From Antechinus flavipes (taxonomy: Eukaryota), in NCBI RefSeq assembly GCF_016432865.1, contig NC_067400.1:497426001-497490000 (forward strand): a stretch of 64,000 nucleotides of DNA, given 5' to 3'. Shown piece by piece: positions 1 through 13,772 of this stretch. The position numbers and the translations under genes are program-made. Position 1 is the stretch's first letter; each line of letters starts with the position of its first letter. Under the pieces are notes generated by a model. It ran no database searches and was not told where the DNA came from. It was given only the letters and a program-made list of their open reading frames with translations.

Positions 1-1963
1 CACCCTACCTCCACAAAGAAGCTCTTGTTTTCTGCTTCTCCTCTCCCCCAGGTTCATCAGTTCATTTTTGAGCCTGGTTGTTTGGTATATACTACCCTTC
101 AGCTGTGAGTTGTGAGTATGTGAACTTCTACCCTCTAGTCTATGTTCTGAGCATTTCTCTTATTTGAAGTTCTTTGGGGAAAGCATGCTATTTCTATCAG
201 AGCCCTGGGTTTCTCCTCAGTTTCAGATAAAAACTGCTGTCTTCCCAACCTCTCCAATCCTCTGTTGACTGGATTCTGCCCAACGAATGACTCTGGACCA
301 CACCCTTCTCTTTTCATTGTAGGTAGCATGGCATAGTGCTGAAACTAGAGTTAGAAAGACATGAGAGAAATCCCATATCTGATATAACTCAATATTCTTA
401 TTTGGAAAATGCGAATAATAATACCTGTAGTCTCTAACTTAATGTTGTTATGAAAAAAGTGGTTTGCAAACCTTGAAGTGTCATATTAATGTGAGGTCTT
501 TTATTTATTTCTTTGTACAATCATATTCTAACTGGTATTTTATTTGTCTCTATCCCATTTTTAAAATGGAGATAGAAATAGGTCTCATAGGGTATGAAAC
601 TCAAATCCGATTATGGAGGCAAATAGACTAATGTTTATGTACATTCAGCCATTTTGAATCAATTTCTTCAGCAGAAATATAAAAGTTTCAAAGAAAGCAC
701 GGATTTACAGGGAAATTTAATGAGGTCCATTTTGGACATGTTGAGTTTGAGCTATCCAGATGGTGATGTCTGGAAGGCAGATGGTCACACAGGAAATAAC
801 ACTAATGCCAGTAACAATAAGAATATTACAATATTATATTTAATTGGCAATTAATAAATGCTTATGTATGATTTTCCTCCAATAAAGTATTTATGCAGAT
901 GTTTTCTACCTGAAAAGGATAATGTTGCTTTGTTTCATGGCCAGGAAGAGAACTGACAACTTCCTCTCCTTAACCATGGTGAGCTTAGTATACACTATGT
1001 AAGCTTTCTTGGAAGCATTTTCATTGTTAGAGGAAAACAAGGCTTTTTGAAGAGTCTATACCTTTGAAACAGTGATAAATCACATAATTGGTGCCAAAAT
1101 GAATGGAAGATGAAAAAAAGGGCATAATTCTCTTTGAGGCTACAATTTTACAAGTAAAGATGAGAATTGAGAACTGATTTTGGATGAACAAGAAAAGCAT
1201 TTCCAAGTTCCTCATTCTTCTTTTATTTTCTACAGGCAACTTGGGATATTTATTTTAATACTTTTACAAAGTAGATAGCAAACAGCTCCCTCCATCAGGA
1301 AAGATGGTACTCACTCAAACACAAATAAAAATCAAAGTAGACTACAGAGTTCATCTTGAAATTCCCTGTTCTTGTGCTTTTCTCTGATGTCCTTGGCTCT
1401 GGGCTCAGAATTTCCTTTGTCTTACTATCCAAATTTAAACCAAGGGTCAGTCTTATTGACCTCCCTGAAAGTGCTAGTTCCACGCTTTACTATGATTTGT
1501 ACTTTAGGATTTCAGGAGAAGATAGTGTTTATATATTCACATTTCTGAAGCTTTATTACTGTTTATTCAAAAGCTTACAGCTGCTTTGGCAATGGACTCT
1601 TGTTATCTATTAAAAAACAAAACAAAACAAACCATGTAAAGATAGGGTATGGACTTCATGAATTATGGGAAAATGGAAACCTTTAAAGATTGGCATCCAG
1701 GAGACATGGATTTTAGTCCCCTCTAAACAATTTACAAAAACTCTGTCATCTTTCTGTTTCTTTGCACTATGTTTCCTCATGCCTAGAATTATTCCTTCTT
1801 ATCTCTGTCTCTTAATGGTTCCTGGCTTCTTTCAAGACTCATTTCAAATGTTACTTTCTTGAGGAGACTTTCCTGGTCCTTCTCTTTAGTCATTTACCCT
1901 TTAAAGTTACTTCTTTCTACTCTATATCTAACTCTGTATCCTCTTTATATCTATAACTTCCTT

Positions 1964-2380
1964 TCAGGAAGAACTAGTGCTCAGGTGTGACAATTTGCCA
2001 AGCCCCTTTACCTTTGATATCCATCTCTCACCCAACTCCCCTATGGCTCCAATAAATTGAAGATGTAGTGGTTATACATAGTAAAACCATCTCAGCATAT
2101 GAGTTAAACAAGGTTGAGGGTAACTACAGGCTTAAAATCCATTAGTTTAGGGGGATCTCTAAGATAAGCATATGAGGATTTCCTGTGGTGGAATAAGCAG
2201 TTGAGAATGATTTGTTCCAACAGCCATGAAGGCAGCTGAAGCAGGTGCAGTGGAGCACTTAGAATCTGGTTAGACATGAAGATGCTGAGATCATTTGCTT
2301 CATCCTGGAGTGTTACCAGTCACCTTGACTTTTGTCTTAATCATTAGACTTTGATGACTCTGGAAGAGAGAATGAGAAGT
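1964..2380 (+). mobile_element. RTE-related non-autonomous element (same family as 21485-22070)
   Basis: gaagaactagtgctc... and ttccaacagccatgaagg... match the reverse complement of the 21485-22070 copy. Confidence 0.6.
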
Positions 2381-3825
2381 GCTCAATTTATTCTAATTTC
2401 TTGGGGTCATGACTGTTGGGAGAATAGAAGTAATAATTGAGTTAAGTGCTTCTAAGCTTTAATTGTCTCTATAAAATGAGGACCTTAACATTTGATATCT
2501 TTTTTTTCTTTCTTTTTTAGTGAGGCAATTGGGGTGACACATCTAGTGTATCTGAGGTCATATTTGAACTCAGATCTTCCTGACTCAACATTTAGTACTC
2601 TATCCACCACACTATTTAGCAATATCTTTAATTCAATATATGTGTCTTTCTATGTCTATACAGACTTCCACTTGTTTTTCTCTTAAAGTTCAAATAGGTT
2701 TCTTCTTCTTGGCTCCTAGGAATAAACGAGTAATAAATAGTAGAAATTATCTGACAAGTGCTGGGTGTGGTATATGTTATGTGTATTCACATGGGCCTGG
2801 GAGGGTGGTTTCCAGAGAGACATGAATCAATAATTTTAGAGTTTCCTCCTTTGATTCCTGCCATGTAGCAAGCAGGAGAATGAAGCCAGGAGAGTGACTA
2901 TTCTGTGTTCCTCAGAGAAGAGGTACCAGTCCAAATAAATATATACTTATATACCCCCTCTTAAATATTGTTAATCTAGGGAATTTTTTTTTTTTTTTAG
3001 GTTTAAGCAACTCTCCTGATTACTTTTGCTTTAATTGGTGAAGAAGACACCAAGCTTTATGTCCAAAGATTTAACTTTCTTCTCACTAAATTTCAGTACC
3101 ACAAAGATGAATGTATCCAAGCTAATAGTAAATAGAAATTAAAAAAAAATTTCTACACATTAGACTATACTGTATAATATACAGAACAAATAAGTTCTCC
3201 ATAGGAAATGAGATTCTGTTGCTCAGTTTTTAAAGAGAGACAGAGGGGGGATTCTAGACCTCTCCAAAGAGAGCTAATTGAGGGACTTGGTTTACTCCAT
3301 TTGTCAGCTACCTCCTAAAGACTTTATTTTCCTTCAGGGACTTGTCTCTTAAGAGAATCTAGAAATCTAGAATCTCTAGAAACTAGAAAGCAAGAATAAG
3401 GATATCTTCATTCCCAATATCTTACCATCTCAGTTCCTCCTCATGGAGGCATAGAGCATCCAGTATTCATCCTCCATTAATACAGAGAGTCCAATATAAG
3501 TGAACTTGAGACATAACTTATGAAAGGAAATAATCATAAACATTAAAGCTGTTCCAAAATAGATTGAGCTTTAATGGGAATCATTGGGTCTTTCTTCACT
3601 AAAGGTCTTTGAGAATAGTGGTATGACTCCTTATTAAGGGTGCTATAGAAGGGATTTGTGCTCAATATATTTTAGACAAGGTGATTTCTGAGATTCCTTT
3701 TATATCTGAGATTATATAATTTTTTTGCAATATTGTAGGCCTGCACTGATATAAAGCTGCTTGACAATGAAGTGCTGCCATCAATTTTTATTTAGAGGAT
3801 GCTCCATACTATTCATTTTTTTAGC

Positions 3826-5290
3826 CTGTGATTTTCAAAATATATGCATAGGTAGTTTTCAGCATTGACCCTTGCAAAGTCTTGTGTACCAAATTTTTTT
3901 CTCCCTCCCTTCCCACCACCCCTCCCCTAGATGGTGTGTAATACAATATATGTTAAGCATGTGCAATTCTTCTATTCATATTTCCACAATTACCATACTA
4001 CTTAAGAAAAATCAGATCAAAAAGGGAAAAATGAGAAAAAAACAAAATGCAAGCAAACAATCACAAAAAGTGAAAACACTATGTGATCCAACACTCAATC
4101 CCCACAGTTCTCTTTCTGGATGCAAATGCAAATTTATATTTGGAATTGGCCTGAATCACCTCATTTTTGAAAAGAGCCAAGTCCATCCAAGATGATCACT
4201 GCAAAATTGTTTTGTTACTGTGTATAATGTTCTGTTGATTCTACTCATTTTATTTAGCATCAGTTAATGTAAGTCTCCCTAGACCTTTCTGAAATCATTC
4301 TGATGATTGTTTGTTATAGAATAATAATATTCCATAACATTACTATACCACAATTTATTCAGTCATTCTCAAACTGATGGGCATCCACTTAGTTTCCAGT
4401 ACCTTATCACTACAAAAAGGGCTACCACAAACATTTTTGCAAATGTGGGTCCTTTTCCCTTTTTTATGATCTCTTTAGGATATAGGCCCAGTAGAAACAC
4501 TGCTGCATCAAAAGGTCAGCACAGTTTGATAGCCCTTTGGGCATAGTTCTAAATTGCTTTCCAGAATAGTTGGATCATTTCACAATTCCACTAGCAATGC
4601 ATCAGTGTCCCAGTTTTCCCACATCCCCTCCAACATTTATCATTATCTTTTCCTGCCATTTTAGCTAATCTGAGAGGTCTGTTGTGGTAGCTCAGAGTAA
4701 TCTTACTTTGTATTTCTCTAAACAATAGTAATTGAGAACATTTTTTTCATATGACTAGAAATAGTTTCAATTTCTTCATCTTAAAATGATCTATTCATAT
4801 CCTTTGACATTTATCATTTGGAGAATGGCTTGTATTCTTATAAATTTGTGTCAATTCTCTATATATTTTAGAAATGAGGCCTTTATCAGATTCCTTGGAT
4901 GTTAAATTTTACCCCAGTTTTCTGCTTCCCTTCTAATCTTGTATGCATTGGTTTTGTTTGTATAAAAACTTTTTAACTTAATTAAAATGATCCATTTTGC
5001 ATTTCATAATGTACTCTAATTCTTCTTTGACCACAGATTTCTTCCTTCTCCACAGGTCTGAGAGGCAGACTATCCTTTGTTCTTCTAATTTGTTTATAGT
5101 ATCACTCTTTATGTCTAAATCATGAACCCATTTAGACCTTATCTTGATATAGGGTGTTAGATGTTAGTCAGTGCCTAATTTCTTCCATAATATTTTCCAA
5201 TTTCCCTAGCAATTTTTGTCAAATAGTGAATTCTTGTCCCAGAAGTTGGAATCTTTGGGTATATTAATATACTATTCATTTATTGGATAT
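3826..5290 (-). mobile_element. LINE-1, 5'-truncated (ORF2 3' end plus 3'UTR)
   Basis: Reverse complement of a marsupial L1 3'UTR with G-rich tract and decayed ORF2 C-terminal coding sequence; similar to the copies at 8870-9310, 42834-43774 and 62420-64000. Confidence 0.9.
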
Positions 5291-5398
5291 ATCTTCAGAT
5301 CATTTGGGAATCTTCAAACCATCCTTAAAAATAACCTCACAAAAATCCCTCTTTCAAGGAAATTTATGAATTCATTAATAATTAGAATTTTTCTTTAG

Positions 5399-5553
5399 AA
5401 CTTTACCCAGACGGCCCAAATCCTAATAAAATCTATACAAGCAAGGAAGCACAAAACAAAATCATTAAAGTAAAGTTCAGAATTACAGAAACTCACAATC
5501 TCTAAATTGGAAAAGAAGTCAAAGGTTATCTGGTAAAAAATGGTACCTGATTA
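5399..5553 (+). repeat. Direct repeat copy 1 (155 bp)
   Basis: About 95% identical to 6570-6720 by manual alignment. Confidence 0.95.
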
Positions 5554-6569
5554 CCCCTTGATAACATGAGTACATAATTACTCAGATATGATCATGGCAT
5601 CAGTTTGCTTTCAGATCAACCTAGTTAAGTGAGGAGAAGTTTACTAATACTAAGACCAGCCCACCTCCTCAACAACAACAACAAATGTAGTTGTACATTT
5701 CTTTGATAATACCTTTTATGCTATTTCTATTGTATAGTTCTTTGTTCATATTGTATTGTAACCTATTTACATCCATTATACCTTTCTTCATTGCTTTTTT
5801 GGGTGAATTGAGATTTTAATGCTTGGGGATAGCAATTCATAGAAGTGTATTGCATATTTTTTTTTGTAATACATTGTCACAGAGCCATCAAACATTATCC
5901 TTATACCCCATTTCCTTTGTCCCACATCTAAGGATCTAAATGAAAGTGTCTAGCAGCCAGCATAAATTATTTGCCTTTTTCTCTGTTGTTAAAAGTAGAG
6001 AAAGAAATAAAAGTGGTATCACTCTTTTGTAAAAAAGATATTACATGTAAACATAGTTAAAATGTCTATTGGCAAAATGTATTTGTTATTGAAGATAAGA
6101 AGGGATATTTCCATCATTTATAACTGAGCAGAACCTTATATATAGTAAATGAGTGATGTTAGGATTTGGAGACATTTTTGTTTGTTTGTTTTCTTCCTAA
6201 CATTGGTTTTGAGTGGGGTGGTGGTGCATGGGGATGCTTTATAAAGATACTGAAATCCTGCTTCTGTTCATAAATTTCCTGATATATTCTTTAACACTTC
6301 ACTCTATATATTTTAATTGTACATACTATGTATTTCTCAGTGAAACTAATTTGCTTAATTTTTCTTGTAAGAGCTTTTAAGTTAGACCCTAATGTCTTCA
6401 TTTAGATGGAGGGGGAGAAAAACAGTCCCTCACAAAATTTTTAATTTATCTTGATATAGTAATCAAGATAAGTTTTGTTTAGATAGGGATTGACTAGAGA
6501 AAATTTTGTTACTCTGGTGTGGCTTAACAATCACTCAAAGGTTTAACAAACTTCTCAAAAATTGAAAGC

Positions 6570-6720
6570 AACTTTACCCAGACGGTCCAAAATCCTAATA
6601 AAATCTATACAAGCAAGGAAGCACAAAACCATTAAAGTAAAGTCCAGAATTATAGAAACTCACAATCTCTAAGTTGGAAAAGAAGTCAAAAGTTATCTGG
6701 TAAAAAATGGTATCTGATCA
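6570..6720 (+). repeat. Direct repeat copy 2 (151 bp)
   Basis: 7 transitions and 2 indels relative to 5399-5553. Confidence 0.95.
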
Positions 6721-6744
6721 AGCATCCTCTTTCTTTCTTTCTTT

Positions 6745-7285
6745 TTTTTTTTCTAGTAAATTTATTTATTTTTTTAATACACATTGTTTTATGAGTCATA
6801 TTGGGAGAGAAAAATCAGAGCTAATGGGAAAAACTATGGGAGAGATTAAAAAATAAGAAAAAAAGTGAACATATCATGAGGCATGAGTTGATTTACAATT
6901 CTTTTTTGGGAAACAGCATTTTCTATTTAAAACCTATTGGGATTGCTTTGGATCATTGAGCCACTGAGAAGAATCAAGTCTTTCATAGTTGATCATTACA
7001 CATTCTTGCTGTATTCTTGATTCTGATTGTTTTGCTCCACATCAGTTCATATAAATCTTTCCAGGAATTTCTAAAATCAGCTTGCTCATTTTTAATAGAA
7101 TAATAATATTCCATATACCACAACTTGTTCAGCCCTTCCCCAATTATGGCACCTACTCATTTTCCAATTCTTTGGTACCATAAAGAGAGCTATTACAAAC
7201 ATTTTTGCACATGTGAGTCCTTTTTCCTCCCTTATGATTTCCTTGGAATACAGACCTAGCAATGGTATTGCTGAGTCAAAGTCTT
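6745..7285 (-). mobile_element. LINE-1 3' fragment (second subfamily)
   Basis: T-rich tail on the plus strand. ORF 7092..7289 encodes decayed ORF2 C-terminus (FDSAIPLLGLYSKEII...CAKMFVIALF). The 3'UTR is shared with the 9428-10305 copy. Confidence 0.85.
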
Positions 7286-8869
7286 TCAACTTATATAATA
7301 AGTCACTATCTATCCTCTGTTTAAAGCTTCCAGGGATGAGGATCTTCCTACCTATGGATGCAACTACTTCTGGTCACCCCAAATTACTTTGTATTTTTTT
7401 ATGAACTATATATTTATTTATTTTTATATTTATTTAACTGTGTATGTGTTAATTTTCTCTGCTGTATTGTTAGCTTCTGGAAGGCATGGACTGACTGTGG
7501 TTTTATAGGCATACAATTAAGGATTGTTTTGGTGAATTGAGCTTTATATAAATTTTAATGCTAGCGTTATTTAGCTCAAAAGTAACTGAAATCTACCCCC
7601 TCTTTAACCAACTTAGCACTAGAATGTAGTTCTTCTTAATAAGCAACTGTGAACAGTCTGAAAATGCTATTGCAGAATTGTTTTGTAGAGGAAATAATCC
7701 AACACATTTTGGAAGTTTAAGCTATAATCCTATTTCTCCCCTTTTCATGGGCAAGCTTCTCAAATAACTAATCCTTGCTCACATTCTCTTAACCATTCCC
7801 TTAAGTTTTATAACAGCACCATTACTATCAAAATTGTATGTTTGAAACTCACAGAAAACCTCTCTTTGTTAAATCCACCAGTCTTTTCTCAGTCCCAAAT
7901 ACTTTATAATGAGAGCTTCAACTAGGAATTTTTGATCCACGGTCAAGTACCAAAAATATATTTTGGACATTGCATGAATCAGCCTCTCAGTAGAGAAAGT
8001 GGAACTATTATGTGGAAGTCAAAGCAGAGTAGGGCAGGGAAGAAACTCATTCCAATCCTGTCACATTCTAACTTCTTATTTTAAATAATTGTTCTTGGTT
8101 ACTAGATCATAAATGCTTAGCAGAGTGCCTTGCACATATAAATATTAGCACTATATAAAAGTTGGATATAATTATTGTTGTTATTGTTATGATCATTATT
8201 AAAATAATAAAGTCATAAAATTCTATACCTAGAGGTAGAATTGACTTTAGAAAATGTTTAACTCAGTCCTTTCATTTTATAAGTGAGAAAATAAATCCAT
8301 GGAAATGACTTTGCCCATATCAAACAGCTAGTAAGTATCAGAAGATTTTTTTTCAAAATAAAAGCTCTAATTAATGGCATAGCAAGTTGTGTGGCAAAAA
8401 AAGATTTTCACTATACCATAGTATATACCATGCAAAGGCTATACTCTTCCACTATTTGCCCTGCTACTATTGGTAGAGGCACAAATGAGAATATACATAA
8501 ATAAGAAAAAGACATTGAGGGCACACAAAAAAGATTGCTTGTGGTCAAGCAGTATGTTTAGAGAACTCATAGGTAGGGAATATGTATGGCCCATCTTTCT
8601 GACTCTAGGCCTAGCATTCTATCCACTCTACCATCTAAATGTCCAAGGATGTTATTAGAATAAAGTTATTTTTAAGTGATTAGTGTAAGGCTATGTACCT
8701 ACTCCCAGACAAGTACCAAAAATGATTAGCAGAAGCCACAAAGATTTCCCATTTTTTCTATATTTTTCTTAGTGCCTAGTTAACATCCCTGACCCCAAGC
8801 TATCATAATTGGATTTGAAAATTCTTTTTATTTTCTGTCAAATGTGTATCTGTCAGAGTACATTCCCAA

Positions 8870-9310
8870 ACCATTTTTGATAATAGCCTTTTATTTTCAA
8901 AATATATGTGAAGATAGTTTTCAGTATTTATCCTTGCAAAACCTCATGTCCAAATTTTTCTCCTTCCCTTCTCTCAACTCCTCTCCTAGACTGCAAATAA
9001 TCCAATGTATGTTAAACATGTTCAATTCTTCTATACATATTTCTACAATTATCATGCCATACAAGAAAAATTAGATAAAAAAGGAAAAGGAAATGAGAAA
9101 GAAAACAAATTCAAGCACACAACAAAAAAGGTTAAAATACTATGTTATGATCCCACATTCAGTCCCCCCAGTTCTCTTTCTGGATGCAGATGACTCTCTC
9201 CAACACAAGTGTATTGGAATTGGCCTGAATCACCTCATTGTTGAAAAGAGGCATGTCCATCAGAATTGATCATTGTATAATCTTATTGCTGTGTACAGTG
9301 TTTTCTTGGT
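8870..9310 (-). mobile_element. LINE-1 3'UTR fragment
   Basis: Close similarity to 3830-4250. Confidence 0.8.
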
Positions 9311-9427
9311 AAATGTCTCTATTTCCAGTTCTGACTTCTGGATCCCAAATTATTTCTTAAAGTTGCCCATTAGATGTTTACACTGGGATATTCCTGTATT
9401 CAATGTGTCTATAATCAAATTCATTTT

Positions 9428-10305
9428 TATTGTTATAAGTTTATTTATTTTTAATACACATAGCTTTATAAATCATGTTAGGAGAGAAAAATCAGAGCAA
9501 ATGGGGAAAAAATTATGGGAGAGATAAAATACAGAAAAAAGAAGTGAACATAGCATGTGTTGATTTACATTTGGTATCCTTAGATCTTTTTTCTGGATAC
9601 AGATAGCATTTTCTATACAAAATCTATTGGGACTGCTTTGGATCATTGAGCCATTGAGAAGAGTCAAGCATTTCATAATTGATCATACATTCTCATTGTT
9701 ATTGTGTACAATGTATGCCTGGTTCTGCTTTTTTCTCTAAGCATCAATCATGTAAATTTTTCCAGGCCTTTCTATAATTATTTCATTCATCATTTTTTAA
9801 TAGAACAATAATATTCCATTATCTTCATGTACCACAGCTTGTTCAGCCATTCCCCAATTGATGGGCATCCATTCCTTTTCCACTTTTTTGCTACAACAAA
9901 AAGAGCTGCTACGAACATTTTTGCACATGTGGGTCCTTTTCCCACTTTTGTGATTTCCTTGGGATATAGATTCAGTAATAGCACTGCTGGGTCAAAGGGT
10001 ATGAACAGTTTTGTAGCTCTTTGAGCATAATTCCAGATTGATCTCCAGAATGGTTAGATCATTTCACAACTTCACAAACAATGCATTAGTGTCCCAGTTT
10101 TCCCACATCCCCTTAACATTTATCACTATCTTTTCCCGTCATCTTAGCCAGTCTGAGAGGTGTGAGGTGGTACCTCAAGTTGTTTTAATTTGACTTCACT
10201 AATCAATAGTGATTTAGAGCATTTTTCTCATAATTATAAATGGTTTTAATTTCATCATCTGAAAATTGTCTATTCATATCCTTTGACTATTTATCAATTA
10301 GGACT
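9428..10305 (-). mobile_element. LINE-1, 5'-truncated, with 11-bp TSD
   Basis: ORF2 C-terminal motif (LLLNLYPKEI...CAKMFVAALFVVAKKWK...CPSIGEWLNKLWYM). TSD aaattcatttt at 9417-9427 and 10306-10316. Confidence 0.88.
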
Positions 10306-10649
10306 AAATTCATTTTCTTCCCTCCATTTCTTTTCTTTCAGATTTTCATTTCTGTTAATATCTTCTTGATTTCCTAGACTTCACAGTCATAGAGTCAGAG
10401 AATTTTTAGAGTCAAAGGTACTTTCAGAGGATTTTTTATTTAAATATTTTCTCAGTTATCTCTAATAATTTACCACAGAGAAAAGAATTTTGGAGTTGGA
10501 ATTTCAGGATGTAGGTTGGGATCTTTACTCTGTCATTTATTATTTGTGTAACATTGGGCAAGTTGCTTCTTGTTTTTAAATATCTTTTTATTTCTTCATC
10601 TGTAATATGAGAGATTTGGACTAGATGGCCTCTAAGATCCCTTCCTTTG

Positions 10650-13515
10650 TAAATTTATTGACATAGCCTGTCAACAGTTCCTTGACATCATTAGCCAGTC
10701 TCTCCTCCTTTAATCTCTCATAAAAAAGCCCTTCTCTTCCCCAAAGCAAACATGTACCTTTGACCCCATCCAATTTCATCTTTTGCAGATTGCCCCTGCA
10801 ATTGTTTACCCTGCTACCTCTCCTTTACCACTCCTTCTCTGCTATCTTCAAGCATGTCCATGCCTTTTCCTTGTCAAGAATTAAAAATAAAACAGCAAAT
10901 CTCTCAGCAGCCCTTCTCATTCCTCAAGCTATTGTCATATCTCTCTTTCTGGTCCAAAAACAAAACAAAAAACTTCTCTATTCTTGTTACTTCTACTCCC
11001 CTCATCTTTTCATCATTCATAGTATGGTTTTTGACCTTTCAATTCTCTGAAAAGTTACCAGTGATCTCTTGACTGTCAAATGTGAAAACCTTTTCTCACT
11101 CCTCATATGTCATTACCTTTCTTTAGTATTTGGCATTGTTGACTGCCCTTTACTCCCAGATACTCTCTCAACTCTGATTTTTTGTGAGACTTCTGTCTCT
11201 TGGTTCTCTCTCTAACTGTCCAGCTGCTTCTCAGTTTCCATTGCTAGTTCATTATTTATATTTTGCTGACTAATTTTGGGTGTATGTAATGGCTCTGCTA
11301 TAGGCTCTCTTCTTTCATCTCTATAATCTCTCATTAGATGTCTCTCACCTACTGCTATGTATTTGATTATAATTTCTATGGAGGCAAAATTCAGCTCTAC
11401 ATATTCATAGTTTATTTATGTTCTGATGAAAATCATTAGCATAATGGATAACAGCCAGCACTGACATTTACCTTTGCAGTATCCCTGACTTTCTTCATTC
11501 TGTTCTTAATGTTCCTTTTGCTGCTTTCTTGATATCTTTTTCTTCTCATATAGCCTATGCCTTGTAAGTTGGTTCATTTTTTTTTTTTTGCATAGTCAAG
11601 GGAATCATAAATCATGGAAAAACCTATTGTTTTACTATCACCAAAGTGGTTTCTGAATCCAAAACCAAAAATGTCTGGAGTTGTTTTGTACATTTCGACA
11701 AGATTTTCTCAAATTTCAGTTTTACTCATTGTGGTCTTTCCAGGATGAAAGACATCTATAACAATCTATTTATGCTGAAGAAATGTTTGTCATAAACTTC
11801 CTGGTTCTGATGTGTATTGTGTCATTCATGGTAATAGCCAGCTCCTCAAGCAGCAAGAAAGGGAAAGGAACACCTCTTCATATTCAACAATAGTTTCAGG
11901 TATAATCCCACAACTCTAACTTCCTATTTAACATTTCAAATTGGATATCCCTGTTGTGTGGTATGGCAAATTCAATTTACAAATACTCAGAGATATCTCA
12001 AGTGAAGAATAGAAGTGTTTAATTCTTAGAATCTTGCAAGAAGTGAACTTCTCTAAATTGGGGTTCAGTCAGTAGAGAGAAGTTAAATTTCCACCGAGAT
12101 GGAAATGAATTATAGTCGTGACCACAAGAATAATGCTTGAAAGTTGTTAAATTTTGACCTGAATTTTATTTTCCCAAATTCTGCAGATAAATTGAATCTA
12201 AATTATAAATTCAATATACCTTAGTTAATGATTTTATAAGAAATGACATAATTCCCCATAAAGAGGAGATTTGCTTAGATTTAAGTAGTTCATTAAACTA
12301 GAATAACCAAGGAGACTTAGTTTACCTCAGGCTTCCTCAACAAATAGAGATTAGTCAGTTTATAGACTCTTAGAATATCTCCAGACCATTAAATAGTTAG
12401 ATTCTTCTCTAAACAGTTAAGTAAAGGTTCAGGAGATCAGATATTTCTACTAGAAGAGCAAGTCTTTTGTTCTCCTTCCCAGAGCCTGAATGATTAACAG
12501 ACCCTTGAAACTGGGTCTGGAATTATAAAATGAGAAGTCCTCAGTTGCCCCGTTACACTCACTTGTCATATTAAATTTCACATGTCTAAAATAAAACTCA
12601 TCTTTCTCCTAAAGCCTACCATCCTTACAAATTTCCTTATTTCTATTAAATGAGATAATGTTTGTAAAGTTTGTAAGGCATATAATAGGTGCTCAATAAA
12701 TGCCTATTGCCTTCTTTTTCCATTTACATCCCTTCGCCTGGGTATTCAAGATATCATCATACTTTAAGCTGTTCAGGTTTGTGGCACCAGATTTTTTTCT
12801 CTGTTTTATTTCATATATCTAATTAATAGCCACATTTTGTTATTTCTACCTCCACAGTATTTTTCATATTCATTCTCCTCTCCCTACTTACACTGCCACT
12901 GTTCTAGTTGAGGTCATTATTCCTCTCATTTTTATTGTCACAATGGTCTTCTATTTGTACACTCTGCCTCAAGTGAATCCAATATATATTGCACATTCGG
13001 TGCCTCCCTGTTGCCTCTAGGATCAAATACTTGTTTAAAGCCCTTTCCAGCCTTGCAAAATTTCTTTTTCCAGTGTTATCATATAATAATCAACTTTTCA
13101 CACTCTGGCCTAGGAAAATTGACTTCCTTGTTATTCTTTATACACATTATTCCATTTCTCACCTCCACGGTCCTTTTACTAGTTGTCCTTAATGCCTAAA
13201 ATATGCTTTACTATTGCCTCTTAGATTACTTTGTTTTCTGCAAAATTCAGCTCAAATACTTCCTTCTACATGATGCCTTTCTTTATTGATCAAGAGGATA
13301 GTGCTCTTTTCCCAAATTATCTTCTTTTTATTTTATATACACTTGTTATATGGGTACATGTTATTTTTCTTCATAGAATGCAAACTTCTTCATAGTTGTA
13401 TATCTAGATTTCAGCATAATACCCTGATAAATAGCAGGTATTTATCAAATGTTCTTTGATTGATTTGTATCCCTAATGCCTAACAGTACTTGACACATAG
13501 TAAGAGATTAATAAG
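10650..13515 (+). mobile_element. Ancient LINE-2, fragmented and interrupted (including by a probable LTR at 11952-12557)
   Basis: Pyrimidine-rich L2 ORF2-like segments and a typical L2 3' end (agtacttgacacatagtaagagattaataa). Confidence 0.7.
11952..12557 (-). mobile_element. Probable solo ERV LTR (~606 bp)
   Basis: TG...CA termini (minus strand TGTAACGGGG...CCACACAACA) and an ATTAAA-type signal near the 3' end. It splits a collinear L2 segment (ttggatatccc | ...aaatttcacatgtctaaaa). No clean TSD. Confidence 0.5.
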
Positions 13516-13772
13516 GCAATTAGGTTTCATGATGTATAACATGCTGAGTGTGGATTCAGAAAGACTTATTTTCCTGAATTCAAATCTGGCCTCAATCACT
13601 TACTAGCTGTGTGACCCTTTAAGTAAGTCACTTAACCCTGTTTACCTCAGTTCCTCATCTATAAAATGAACTAGAGAAGGACATGGAAAACCACTCCAGT
13701 ATCTTTGCCAAGAAAACCCCAAATGTGATCATCAGAAGTTAGACATGACTGAAAAGTTACTGAATACCAACA
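13515..13772 (+). mobile_element. MAR1-type CORE SINE
   Basis: tRNA-like head, CORE (gtcacttaaccctgtttacctcagttcctcatctataaaatg) and RTE-type tail (ccactccagtatctttgccaagaaaacccc). Confidence 0.8.
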
